Shown in pieces: positions 14,901 to 27,759 of a stretch of DNA of 64,000 bases. The notes beneath the pieces were generated by a model, which worked only from the letters and a program-made list of their open reading frames with translations, did no database searches and had not been told where the DNA came from. Source of the stretch: Rhizophagus irregularis (Eukaryota); NCBI RefSeq assembly GCF_026210795.1, contig NC_089430.1, positions 3,782,001 through 3,846,000 on the forward strand. The letters are read 5' to 3'. The position numbers and the translations under genes are program-made. How positions within the stretch are numbered: position 1 is the stretch's first letter; each line of letters begins with the position of its first letter.

Positions 14901-17900
14901 AATAAGTTATGTTTTTGTGTTATTCTTCTTCAACAAAAATAATCTAATATAAGTCATTTTCAAATTACCGTAAACAATTCATGAGCTATGATCGAGTGCT
15001 CATTTTGCTGCTCTCCATCAACGGATTTAATTTTGTTCATAAGCAAAGGAACCAAGTCCCTATTAATGGTTGTTAAACTAACACGTCGTATCAAGATCGA
15101 AAATGTTTCAAGTGATGATGCGGCTATTTGTTCAATGTGTTTAATCGCATCTTTCTAATAAAATAAATGATTATTATGAATTTAACTAGTTAGAAATTCA
15201 AAATTTTTTTTTTTTTAAAAGAATAAACATATTTACGGCAGATTTTCGGACAGTTTTATAATCTGATTGTGGATTCATACAATCTCTGATTAACTTATAT
15301 ACACGAGTATCCCGAAGTTTTGCAAATGCTGACAAATGATTTTTCGATTTTTCTGAATCAGGGAGTTTGCCTATTATTATTTAAATGTAAGATTTTTTTG
15401 AACAAACTTAAAATATATGTATGTAATATTTATTATGAAAATTAATGTTCCAATTATACATGTTCGAGAAATATAATTAGGAAACTGACCTGAAATACGT
15501 TCAATGACTTGATTCAAAATATTCGACAGTTTTTCGCTATCTTCATTATTGGAGTCATCCTTAATAAATTATAAATAATCAATATTTAAAAATGATAAAA
15601 ATTAAATTTAACAACAATTATTATATAAAAATAAATTATACATTGTATTTTTCGCAAAGCTTCAGAAATGTCTCCATGTCATTAATTGCTCTGAATATTA
15701 TACAAAATCAGTTAAATTAACCCAAGAAAGAAACTCATATAAATATATACAAAAAACATACTCTCTTTGCCTCTGGAACAAAGAGAAGAATCCTTTCTTA
15801 GCTTTTGGGTCAAGTGACCCAAAGACAACAATGATTCGATCCATACGCGCCGAATCTCCATTGTTGGATGTTAATATCTCCTCGTACATTGCCTTTTCAA
15901 CACAAACACTAAAAGAGTTAAAGAAATGCTTAGTTAGTTATATAATAAGGAAAATAAAAAAAAAACAAATAAAAAATTTATTTACTTAATTTCGTTATCT
16001 TTTATATAAAGAATATTTAGTATTTCTGAGGGAATCCACCCAAACTTTTCAATCGCGTTCGCATCATGATCTACACTATTAAAATATAAAATTTCGGTTA
16101 TGTTTTCACTGAAAGTATATTATTAAAAAACACTGCATACATTTCAATGTAAGCCATATTATATAATCGCGCTAAAGCTTTAATTGCCTCCTGTCTAACT
16201 CCGTGCTACACAAAATTTTGATTAAAATGTATTATATATTTATAAACACGACAAAAGAAACATTATATTTACTTTACGATCACGGCATCGTTTGGCTAGT
16301 TCAATAAATAATTCTTTTCCCACAAGTTTGGAAGCACACTCATATTCTAATTGCCCAAAAACTTTACATACAGCAACTCTAACTTTATCGTCAGGATCTG
16401 ATATTTTGGAGATTATTGCCTCTAATATGATGACAAATATGCTAAAGATTAAACTGACCGCTAAGTTAAGCAAAAGTATAGAAGATCATTATATTTCATA
16501 CCATTTATCTGTTTGGCCAGTTCGTGATGATTAATATAAAGAGGCAAACAATATTCTGTCCAAGCACATCGGACATCCGGTATTTTATCGTTTCGTCTTT
16601 ATGTCGAATAAATTTTATATTTGACCAGGATTGAGATTAAATATTAATATAAATAACAGACAAGAACTAGAGAATCCAACCTAAGTAGCCACATCTTCCA
16701 AACATTGTCATAACGACTTGCTAAAGTGGAATTTTTCTCGGAAAACATTTCTCCAAGAACTTGTGTGGCAAGCAGACGTAAAGGAGTATCGTCCAACTAA
16801 AATACACGTTATTAGGATCCATACATGCAAATTGAAACTTTAAATTATTTAAAATACAAACTTTCAATTCCTCTTCTAATTGGGGTATAACGTTTAACAA
16901 TAAGCCCGGTGCTGTCCTATTTAACTCTTTAATAAGATCATGGGCTGTTTTGAAATCATTCAGTTCTTCTGCAGATGTCCCATTTTTACCGGCTGCAACA
17001 ATAACATCTGTAAAATACTGTACGTAACAATTCATTATTACTAAATTGATATGGAAAGTATAGGAAAATAACATAAAAATTACCTACTTGACAAACATAT
17101 CGTTGTAATTTGTCTGTTGCATGCCTGCAAACCTCGCTAGCTAATTTATAAGCTGCTGGATTTTCATCCTAGATAAACTCACAAAAGTATCAATTAAAAT
17201 ATAAAATAACTGAAATAATAAAGATACAAATAAATAAATACTTTTCGTTTTTTTAAAAATTGTGCAAGTATTATATCGATCACATCTTGAGGCAGTCCAT
17301 TACTTTCATTAATTAATTGTTCAAGAATGTCTATCATATGTGATTGAACAATATTCGACATATCTGACCTACATTAGATATATATTAAGATGAAAAAAAA
17401 TGTATGAAGATATTAACTGATGCAAAAAAAAACTAATCAACTGACCTAATGATATCAAAAAAATCTCTGAATAATTCAGTCAAAAGTTCTTCATAGTTTT
17501 GAAGATCTAATATCAATAATACTATTTTAACTCTTGCTAAATTTTCAAGCAAATGAAAATATAAATCAAAATAAGGTCCATCTTTATTGGCAATATTTTG
17601 CAATTGACGAACAAAAAATACAAAAATGTCCTACGATAGAAAACAAGAAATCAAAAATATAGAATTAAATAAATTTGATATAAATAAAACGCGAAAAATA
17701 ATTACTGCACTTAGCTAAGATTATTTTTTTCCTTACTTTGAGTTCATGGACCGTATATGGTGCATCTGGTGCGTAAAGTCTTAGCAGATCCGATATACAA
17801 CAAGCTACATAAGCCCTTACTCCCCAATCCTTATGGCCTATTAAATTTGCATTAATTAAGTCGCGAGTCACGCCTTTTAAAGAATCTAAGTCAACCTGAT

Positions 17901-18116
17901 CTTGATCCATAACGGAAACTTCTCCAAATAAATTCTAAACAAAATTTTAATATAAAACCAATTTTTACGAAATGTAAAACTCGCTAAGCAAAAATTGCTA
18001 GATACCTTTAGTCTCTTTAATAGTTCTGCAGTGGAAAATGGTTTCTGTGACGAGACGAGTTTTTGTTTGAACTGGAGTCTGGCTGGGCGCGAAGTCGTTC
18101 CCTTACCTGTAGCCAT
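11919..18116 (-). CDS. PDS5: Sister chromatid cohesion protein Pds5 (HEAT repeats), many exons
   Basis: ELLKRLK, VRAYVACCISDLLRLYAPDAPYT, LLLNVIPQLEEEL, DPDDKVRVAVC, PRQAKFAA, RLRLVAVHSVLKLA, LIHLLSHHPDF and an acidic tail. Stop inferred at 11919-11921. Confidence 0.93.
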
Positions 18117-18438
18117 TTCGATAATTATTTTCTAGAAATAAATATTTTACTTTGTTACTTCAACTATGAGTTGTTACGCGAACAAACACGTATTGCTCCA
18201 ATGTTGAGTCGTGCTGTTAGCTACTTGAATTGTTCGATGGGAATAGTTGATCAAATCAATGGACCAACAGGCAACAGTTTTTGGTGGTTCACGTTCCTAA
18301 TCAGGGTTACACCAACCAATTATACATGTGACTGATCATCTGCGTTCGATCACGTGATTTTGAAAATTTCATCATCCACATCACGTCTCTGTTATCCAAT
18401 ATAATGATGATCTAGATTATAAAAAATTTCTCTCGACG
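18117..18438. promoter_or_regulatory. Probable bidirectional promoter between PDS5 and MRPS8, with an E-box
   Basis: Divergent ATGs about 320 bp apart. Palindromic ATCACGTGAT around 18349-18358 (bHLH/Cbf1-type site, inference). Confidence 0.45.
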
Positions 18439-18900
18439 ATGGTGGTAGTTCATGAAATTTGTGCACGCGTTCAAAATGGCTTTAGAGCCCGTTTACAAAG
18501 TATTGCTGTTCCAGATACAAAAATGAACCTTGCGATTTCCATGATCCTTTATCGGCAGGGTTTTATTTCTTCTGTACAACGTGGTAATCACCTTGAACCA
18601 GATAAAAATGTTGTCAAAACTCAACCACACAATATTGCAAGTCGAAGGTTATGGCTTGACCTTAAATATCGAGACAATAAACCAGTTTTACAAAATATGT
18701 CTTGCGTTAGCAAGAGTTCAAAAAGAGTATATATGAACGTTGAAGAGCTTAAAAATCTGACCACTGGAAAGAGGGCTAAATTTATTCCACCTTTAAAGCT
18801 CGGTGAAATTGCTATCATTGGGACATCTCGTGGTGTCTTGGAAATTAAAGAAGCTATTGAGCAAAATCATGGTGGAGAAGTACTTTGTAGGGTTATCTAA
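18439..18900 (+). CDS. MRPS8: Mitochondrial ribosomal protein S8 (uS8m), intronless
   Basis: HEICARVQNGFRAR, LYRQGFISSV, RRLWLDLKYRDNKPVL, VSKSSKRVY, TSRGVLEI and GGEVLCRV match uS8. Confidence 0.93.
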   Translation: MVVVHEICARVQNGFRARLQSIAVPDTKMNLAISMILYRQGFISSVQRGNHLEPDKNVVKTQPHNIASRRLWLDLKYRDNKPVLQNMSCVSKSSKRVYMNVEELKNLTTGKRAKFIPPLKLGEIAIIGTSRGVLEIKEAIEQNHGGEVLCRVI

Positions 18901-19234
18901 TTTATCTTTAAGAATCATCAAAAATTCATCGTCAACATAAATCGTAAATTTAAGAGTGCTGTAAACAAAAGGAGAGCATTATAAATTATAAAACTATTAA
19001 TTAATTTAATTCGATTATCTTTTACCAGGATTCCAATATTATTTAATATATTCATTATATTGCCAATAAATTTCATTATGGGAATATTAGAAGTAATATA
19101 ACAACATAACAAAAACCTAATAGACAAATAATTTTTGATTTTATTAAGGAGCTATTGAGTTGCAATAACCTTCAGTAAAGAAACATCATCAAATGTCGCA
19201 TCATTCTCTAGAGGAAATCATAAAAGAAACAAAT

Positions 19235-19633
19235 TATTGGTTTAATTCTAAATTCCCTGTTACGATTGATGTTACGCTTTCATGTAACTTCCCTTGTAGA
19301 AGCAGCAGTAACTTAATAGGCCCATCTTCTGTAATCTGGTTTGGACTTAGAATACGGAGGCAATTTGAAAGTACTTGCTAGTTATTACTTATATAACTAA
19401 TGATTAAATCATAAAATTATCAGCTATTCCTATATTAATAATAATAGTAATTTACTTACTGTTAAAAAATAGTTTTGGAATTCTATTACCAACTTTTCAA
19501 AGGTAATTCCTTTTGAATTTAAACGAAAATCGGACTCACAGAAATCTGTGCATAATTTCGAAATTTTGGTTAAATGGCTGGGAAGATTAAACAAAGTTAT
19601 TTGGCAGTTATGGAACTCAGTTATTAATTTCAT
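19235..19633 (-). CDS. Possible small two-exon hypothetical protein (~105 aa)
   Basis: ORF 19633 has a GTAAGT donor near 19459 and a TAG acceptor near 19378 that continues in frame (QVLSNCLRILSPNQ...LELNQ*). No recognisable domain. Confidence 0.3.
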
Positions 19634-19934
19634 AAATTAAAAAGTTGCTTTTTAATAGAATTTGATTGTACCATAATTTTTAATGCTATGGATAAGATTA
19701 ATCTTTGAATTCAAAAAATAATTAAACATCATCTCGCTTATGACCTTAGAATAAATATTTTTGGATTTCATAGTCTTATTGCAAATCTTAATAATAAATT
19801 CTTAAATTTATAAATCAGAATTCTTGCTTATTTACAATGAATACGGAAATTTAAATCAATAATTTTTTTAAATTTGCAATGTCTAAGTACTTTATTAAAA
19901 TTGAATATTAGCTTATTACCCTTATTATATATAA

Positions 19935-22900
19935 TTATCTGGTTGCAGATCTTAAGTTCCATTTTTTAGTAGGAATCGTAGGAACAGAAGGAGCCTCCCC
20001 ACTACCAGAATGCTCTGCTGGGCTTTCGCTTGTGGAGCTAGATGGATGGTCGCATTCCGCACATCGCCAAACATATCCTCCTGTGGGCATTGTACGTCTA
20101 GGAGGAACCATGCAAGCCAAATGGTACCATTTGCTGCAGTATCCGCAGCGTACCATTCGGTTAACTTTGTCTCTTCCTTTGAGCAACATTGACTCTCTTG
20201 CACGTTGTGGAGTAATGTAAGTCGCCGAAGGTTGATCATTGGCCGGTGGTATTACGAGTCTACAGATTGTACAAGTTGGCTGAGGTATAGGTGCTCGAAA
20301 CTGTGCGGCTTCTTCCTCCGTGAGCTTGGCTTTTGGTTTACGTCCAGCTTTCTTCTTTATTCCGCCAACTCGTTTTCTTTTAGGTTTTGTCGCTGTGCTT
20401 TGTTCAGACATTAGTTCTTCAGAATTTGCAGTATCTTGAACTGGTTCATCGTTCGTACTTTCATCTTGTGCATTAACCGTCTCAACGTTTTGAGTATCAT
20501 TCTCTTTTGATAATTCGGAAGATGTTTCTGCAACTGCGCTGTCATCTTGAGCAGTAGCAGTTGTATTTGTATTAGGATAAGGACTCGGACCAGTGAAACT
20601 AAGGAAATTTACGCTTCCTGTTTGATAAGGGGAAGCGACTCCCTCAGTTGTGTTGGTACATACTTTTCCATTATCATAGAATGTTGTTGTTACTGCAGCT
20701 TTATCAGGAATTTGAGATTTATTCTGCGAAGGCTCTGTCGTTGACTCATTTTTGACTTCATTATTATTATTTTTTTGTACACTAAACGAAGTAGTTTTCG
20801 GAGATTCAACCATTTCAGCTGCTGAAAGAAGTACACCTAATCCACCTAAATTAGAAGCATTAATAGCTGGTACTGAACCAGTGTTTGTCAAATTCGTAAA
20901 TGTGGTACTAGTTCTATTTTCGTTAACGTTTGAATAAGAATTTGTAAACATAGTTGGATTATTTTGGTTTATTTGTGCATAGGAACTTGCCACAAAAGTA
21001 CTTGTACCACCTTGATTAGTCACTGAACCAAAAGTTCTTGTATAAGTGGTAGCATTTCCTTGGTTAAGGGTAGTATAAGGATACCTAGTACTCCCTTGAC
21101 TGGCAGCATTATAAGAGCCTTGGAAAGTGCTTGCTCCACTCTCACTCAACGGAGCTCTAAATGGCGTTTGATTGGAACTTGATTCTGCCAAAAAGTAGCT
21201 TCTCTGGAATGAAGTCGTAATAGGGGCAGTAATACTGCTATATCCAATATTTGTGTTTGGTACATTATTGTTTGAAGGGGTTGATGTTTGGTACAAATTT
21301 CCATTACCATTACCATTGAAGTAACTTTGATTTGTGGTACTTGCGTTGACCGTATAATGAAGAAAAGAATCATAAACAGTTGAAGTACTTGAAGGAGTGT
21401 CTTCAATAGGGTTGAGTAAGGTGCTGATACCAATAACTCCTCCGCTTCTTATATTAGAAGAATCTTCATCATTATTTTCGGCTTTGTTGACTTTGCCTTG
21501 AGAACTTTGATCAAACGTCGCAGTATTAACGTCTGAAACATCGCCATGTGTTGAAGTAGTAGTTGCAACGTCTTTAGGCGTATATTCTCCATCTTCTGTA
21601 TCATTATTTTCGGGGATATTCGTCGCATCATTCTTTGGTTTGCTGAGAACCACCGGAAAAGTGGACCCTTCACTTTTCTCTTCAACATTAAGAACGTTAG
21701 TGATTTCGCTTGTCTTTGGTGCGATAGGGCGAAGTTTTGCCTTAGTATGAACTTTAGATTCACTTGTATTTTTAGTTTTATTCTTAGTGCTTGTTCTTTT
21801 AGAAGATTTCTTAGATGAGGTTGTGTTCGCATCATTAGTTTTAGAAACATCATCAGCGGTTTCGTTGGATTTTGTGCTCCTTTTGACTTTCTTGGTTGAT
21901 CTTTTTGCTCTCGCAGATGTTGAGGACGGACTATCATCTTGAATTGTCTCTGACACTTCAACTTGGTTAGTATCCGAACTTGCTGGAGCTTGCTCATTTA
22001 CTTTCTTTCCTTTATTAACAGATTTTCTCGATTTCTTATATTTTCTCTTTGATGGAGTAGACTGCACGACTTCATCGGCTGGTATCGATGCTGATACTTG
22101 ATCATTATTATTAGAAACAACTGCCTGCGTCTGTTCATCTACATTAGAAGTACTCTCAGATTGAACAGATTGAACATATTCAACTCGCTTTCTTTTATTT
22201 CTTTTAACATTCTTCTTTGATGATATAGACTCGGCTTCAGTCGTATTGGTTGACGTGGTAGAGAGATTTTCCTGGACTCGTTTTCTCTTTGATGAACCAG
22301 CTTGAACCTCATTTGTAATATCTGGTAATTGATCTTGGGAAGGTAGTTCAGCACGCTTCCTCTTTGGTGTTTCTGATTCAATTGCATTTTCTGTTATTTG
22401 CTGTGATTCTAGACCAACAATTCTCAGACGTGGAACTTTTCTTAGTTGTTGTGATTTAATAGAATTTTCATTCGATAGATCACTCTTTTGTGAGTCCCCT
22501 TCATCTTCGACAGACTTTTCTTTTCCTTTAATGCTTGCTGCCCGAGATCTCGTTGTCCTCTTGGGCGTCTGTTGTCCGTCATAATCTTCACCTTCTGGGA
22601 TTTCTTCTTGATTTAAAACGATCTTTTCCTTTCCTTTACTTGGTGTCTTTGGCCTGCCCCTGCTCTTTACACCATTTCGCCGCCCTCCCCGTCGAGCTTT
22701 TTCTTTTTCTTCCTTGGCTGCTTTTGCTAATGCGCTAACAACACTCTTGAGATTTAAAGACCTCATTTCATTGGTGTTAAGCTGTTTCACTTTTATGGAT
22801 TTTGCGATCCTTTTTATTTCTTTAGACCACACGATATTGTTCTTGATTGCCATTGATTCCATTAAAGTTTCGATTTTCGTGTAATTTGAACTTTCATCAT

Positions 22901-24691
22901 GAGTCTCGACCTGAATATTCCGCATGTGTGGGACTAGTGATAAAATGGCCTCATTGAATTTTTCTAAATAATTTCTTAAAATAGTATTTTCACCTCTTGC
23001 ATTAGGGATTTTAGCCTTAAAATCTCTAACATTTTTCTCTGCTTTTTCCTTTGCATCGATAAGACCATTATGTTTGGACGCTTGTTGCACGATTCGTCGC
23101 CGTGCATCCGTAATTCGTACCTCACGTTGGGCAGTGTATCCTGCGTACGCATCCTCGAATATTTCCCGAAGATTTTGACCGGGAAATCCACCTTGAAGTT
23201 GGGTATTACGTTCATCAGAACGTTTTAAACACTCATCAGCAAGAAAATCGTCTCGCATTCGAATCCACTTTTCGATTTTGTTTTGCCGAGGATGATCATT
23301 TGGTCCATGTTGCTTGCAGTACTATTTATAAGAAAATCATGTGTATATATAATTATCATATAGATGATTAACGAAACATAAATGATTAAAAACAAATGAT
23401 TAAAACTTGCGATAAAATAAGGGTCCGAGATATTTTCCTCGTCAACATACTCGGTGAGACCGTAGGCTACCGCGCACGTTGCATGAACCCAATTTTTACA
23501 TTGTCCGGCATCACAGTGTATTGCAGCGCCTTCTTCACTGTTGCAAACGTGACATTTCTAAACGAAAGAGAAAAAATACCAAATATATAATAAGTGTTGA
23601 TAAAATTAAAAACAATATATGTATTTTAAAAATAATACTTACTTTGCCCCAATTCTTAGGGTCAACATTCACAACCTGAATATCTCTCAAGTCTGCAGCC
23701 GAGCCGATATGCATGCCCGGCATCCAGAAAGCGCACAAAATATGAACCCAAACCATTGGCTCACCAGCCTCATCAGAGGCCCTTATTTTTCGAAAAGCTC
23801 CATTTTTATTAGGGCACAAAACGCAACGCTATTAGGTACAGGCAAATGTTAGTTTGATTTATAAAACAATCTATATCTTTGTAATTACTTACTACTGCAT
23901 CTGATGGTAGTGCAAGACAACGATCACAGTACCATGGGTCTTCCTTCTTCGGCAGTGTTGTGATCCCATAACATTCTGATATAAATTAAATGAAATTTTC
24001 ATTATACACAAATCATCATATCTGCGCCACGTTTTTCCGTTATAAACCAAAAGAAAAGTACATACCCTGATGAACAACGACATCACACTCCTTACCGTCG
24101 CAATAGACAAGGACATTATCTTTTGTTGCATCTTCATCTAGACATACGCAACAAAGGCCTGGATCCGACCTTTTCTATCAATGACCAAAAAAAGGAAAAG
24201 ATATTACGTTAATAATTTTTTTTTTGGGAACAGAAACTATAATTCCATCAAAAAAAAATCTCTCCTCTCTCGACAAAAAAAATAAAAAAAATAAAATAAA
24301 AAAATCAACCAGTATTGAAACCCTATTAGAAAAATATATATATAATTGGTCAGAAAATTTCAATAATATTTAAATATTCAAATACCCATTTTCGTAGCCA
24401 TCTAGCTCTTGGTGATTGGTCAGTTTCATTTTCTTCTGAAGAACTTTGTTCTCCTTCTTGACCAGCAACTACTTCTTCTCGGTCACCGTTCACGTTTTCT
24501 TCACCTGTATTGTTAAGTGGTGTTGGCGTATTTTCATGATAGCTTGAGTCACTATCATTTTGTTCACTCACAACAGTATTTTGTGAGCTTCCATTGATCT
24601 CATGCTCGCTCGATGAAGGACCCATTCCATATTCAAAATCAGGGTCGTGAGCAGCTCTTCTGGTAGTTCTTCGTCCTCGCTGAGATGCCAT
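19935..24691 (-). CDS. PHD-zinc knuckle-PHD (PZP; AF10/Jade/BRPF-like) chromatin protein with long disordered middle and C-terminal PHD finger
   Basis: Spliced exons give CCVCLDE...LVYCDGKECDVVVHQECYG...WYCDRC, CVLCPNKNGAFR...WVHILCAFW, C..C...WVHATCA. The terminal exon ends in CTIC...CGYCSKWYHLACMVPP...WRCAEC. Confidence 0.85.
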
Positions 24692-26172
24692 GTACGCTTA
24701 TTTGGTTTTATTGAATTGTAAATATAGCTGTTGAATATAACAAGTGAAGGCTTTAAAAAAGATTTTATAGAAAAATTTTTTTTTTTTTTTTCGTGAAATT
24801 ATGAAAAAAAGAGAGTAAGTTTTTTTTTGTATTTGCAAAAAAAAACGATGTTTAAATATCAAACTCGGACTTACCGGTTTTTCTCGGAAGGTCTAACGGC
24901 TTGTTTGACACTTTCCTGATTTAGTTGTATTGTAAAAATCAGGTTTTTAACGAATCGGATTTCAGCTTTATTTAAGACCAAGGGGTAAGGGGCTTTTTCG
25001 CCGGGTATAATTTTAATACTAATTATGCTGTCGATCATGATTATCAGATTAAAGTTTATAACGAGATGCTAATAAGTCTTTAGAATTTTATTATTATTTA
25101 CTACAAAAGTTTATGTATCAAATTACTCATTAAAGTGATTAGACTACTTATAACAAACTATTTCACCATCAAAATAATAAATAGACCTTTTGAAAATATG
25201 AAATGGTGCAGGAAATCTATTTGACAAAAAAGTTTTGAAAAAAAAAGGTTTTATAAAATTATAAAATATTTATATATTAATAGATTTACTTTTTTTTTTT
25301 TAAAAAAAAAATGATTTGCTACCCATCAATTAATACCCAGAAAAATATGAAGAATAGATAAACTCTCAATTTTGTTAAAAAAAATCAAGTAAACCTCTTC
25401 ATTACTAGGAATATCAAATCAAAAATAGTAAACGTATTTTTGGTAATCAATGCATTGTTAATGTGACGATCAATTCAAAAATTATTTAAATTATGTATAT
25501 TTAAATCTTTGATTATTGAGGATTTGTGCTATCGCAACTTACTAAGGGTGAATCCTATGCGAAATCTTTAATAACCAATAACATTGTATTCTAATCAAAA
25601 ATTATGAAAAATTAGAAACATAAAACAATTCCAATAACTTCCAATACTAAAGCAATCATGATTAATGAAATGAAACGAGAAGATTTTAACTGACAGTAAA
25701 CTTTTTATTTTCAATAATAGATATAATGGACAATGGTTATTAATTATGATCTTAATATTTGAAATTTAGGATCGTAAGATTTAATATTTTTATTTTTTGG
25801 CGAAAACAATGTAACGATAGCCTACGTCTCGACGATCATTATTCGGAATTTTCGATGCTTTTAACCTGTATAAAGTGTGGCCACGTGATTCAAACAAGCA
25901 CTAAAGTACAATTGTTAATCAAATTTAGTAAGACATCTTTTTCTTTTGAGCATTGTTAAAAATAATGTAAATCTGATCTTCTTAAGTTTGTTTTGTGGGG
26001 CTTGCATGTTGAATACTTGTTTTGTAAATTGAAGTTTGGATTTGATGAACCAAGTTGTAAAAATATATATATTGATATTGTAGATCATGTACAAAACGGT
26101 TATTTAGAGAATTATAAACGTGATTACGTTTGACTATCAAAGTCAATATATTCCAATTCTTATCATTTAATT

Positions 26173-27144
26173 TTACTTTTTCTCAAATTCTGCCCTATCT
26201 AAGCCATCAAGATATACTCTTAAAACATCGTCAGCAGTAGGTTTCAATGATTGAGTATTTTCCATTGGAAGAATATGTTGTTGAGGGTAATATCCCGTGA
26301 TTATATGAGCGAGACCCCAAGTTTTATATTTTCCTTTACCACTAAATAATCCCCAATAAGTTGTATAAAAGACGGCTAAAAGAACAATAAACATTATAAA
26401 TACCGAAAAGGCAGGAAAGCACCTATGTTCACGAGTTACTTCCATATTAAATGAAGCAGGTTTAAAATGAACAAATCCCGATGCGGTTGTAGAGGTAGAT
26501 TCATCTAGTTCAAGTTTATAATCCAAATAAAATTTCTCTGTGTTATTGAGAAAAATATGTTTTCGCCAGTAAAAGGAAAAAACTCTTTCTCTCATAGCAT
26601 CCATTTGCACTAAACGATATGGATTCAAAATTTGTGGTGTTGTTTTTGTGGATAATTCAGTATCAAGTCCAGCAGAAGAAGATAAATCATATGGATTCCA
26701 CAACATGAATGCAACTTTGAGCGAATTTGCAGTAGATACATTTTGTAACGAATATTTTACAAATAAAGGTGAATTATTAGGTGCCCAGTCTTTTGGTTGT
26801 CTTTTGGGTGTGGAGAAAAGCATCGGTTGTGTGGTTTGAAAAACATTACAACCTGTAAACCATGAATTGTAAGTCTCATCGTTGGAAACATTAGCAATTC
26901 TTACTAAATTAGCGCAATTCGCTAATGTTTCCCCGTAGACATTACAATCAAATTTAAAATTAATATTATTGCTACATAGTGAAAATGCTGGTGGAACGAG
27001 TTCTTTAACGTTTTCATTTGTAGTTGTTGTATGTATAAGCTTTGATCGATTAACATCTATTACTATATTAAATATTAAAATGACAAGTAGCAATATTGCA
27101 AAAATAATTTTTAAAACTATGGAAATTAATTTACGGAGATCCAT
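26173..27144 (-). CDS. Hypothetical two-transmembrane protein with Cys-containing loop (323 aa), intronless
   Basis: Clean ORF with an N-terminal hydrophobic helix, a ~210-aa loop with 4 Cys and several NxS/T sites, and a second hydrophobic helix near residue 245-268. Confidence 0.75.
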   Translation of the reverse strand: MDLRKLISIVLKIIFAILLLVILIFNIVIDVNRSKLIHTTTTNENVKELVPPAFSLCSNNINFKFDCNVYGETLANCANLVRIANVSNDETYNSWFTGCNVFQTTQPMLFSTPKRQPKDWAPNNSPLFVKYSLQNVSTANSLKVAFMLWNPYDLSSSAGLDTELSTKTTPQILNPYRLVQMDAMRERVFSFYWRKHIFLNNTEKFYLDYKLELDESTSTTASGFVHFKPASFNMEVTREHRCFPAFSVFIMFIVLLAVFYTTYWGLFSGKGKYKTWGLAHIITGYYPQQHILPMENTQSLKPTADDVLRVYLDGLDRAEFEKK

Positions 27145-27759
27145 TTTTTTTTTTTATGAATTTCTGAGAAACCAGCTCTCAATATTAATAATCAAGACAA
27201 AAATTTGTTTGGGACCTTTTAATCCAAGTAATCCATAAAAGCAAAATCGCCCTCTTTTTATATCAAACAAATTTCCTCAACGCCGCAAATATACACACAA
27301 TAAATTCCTTTGTTTTAGGTACATAACAAAGAATTCCAACGTTTTACTCTTTTTTTCCAACAAGGAATTACAAACAAAAATAATTGTTCCCTTTATGGTC
27401 ATCAAGTTAGATATGCATAATTATACTCTCCGACCTCGACCGGACTGCTATCGAATTTTTACTGCGCTGAGATGTGATCGATCTTTTATTTAGATCATAA
27501 GAAAATAAACTATTTATCTGAAAGTGAGCAAGGAATTGCCTTGAATATCATTCGTTTTACCAAGCATGAATGTTTCAGAAATTTGTGGCGATAGCTAAAT
27601 CTTAAATGCTCTGTCACCTGATGGATCAAGAAAGGTACTTATATATCTGTAAGTGATAGGCAGCAAGTACAATGATGACTTATGCTATAACTGTTACTAA
27701 AAAATTAGAGCTCTTATATTTTTTATTCCACTTTCTTTCACCTCCTATTAGTTTGAACT

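Noticed and set aside
19952..23215. Alternative-frame and antisense ORFs in the PHD gene
   Set aside because: Shadow ORFs of a long coding exon.
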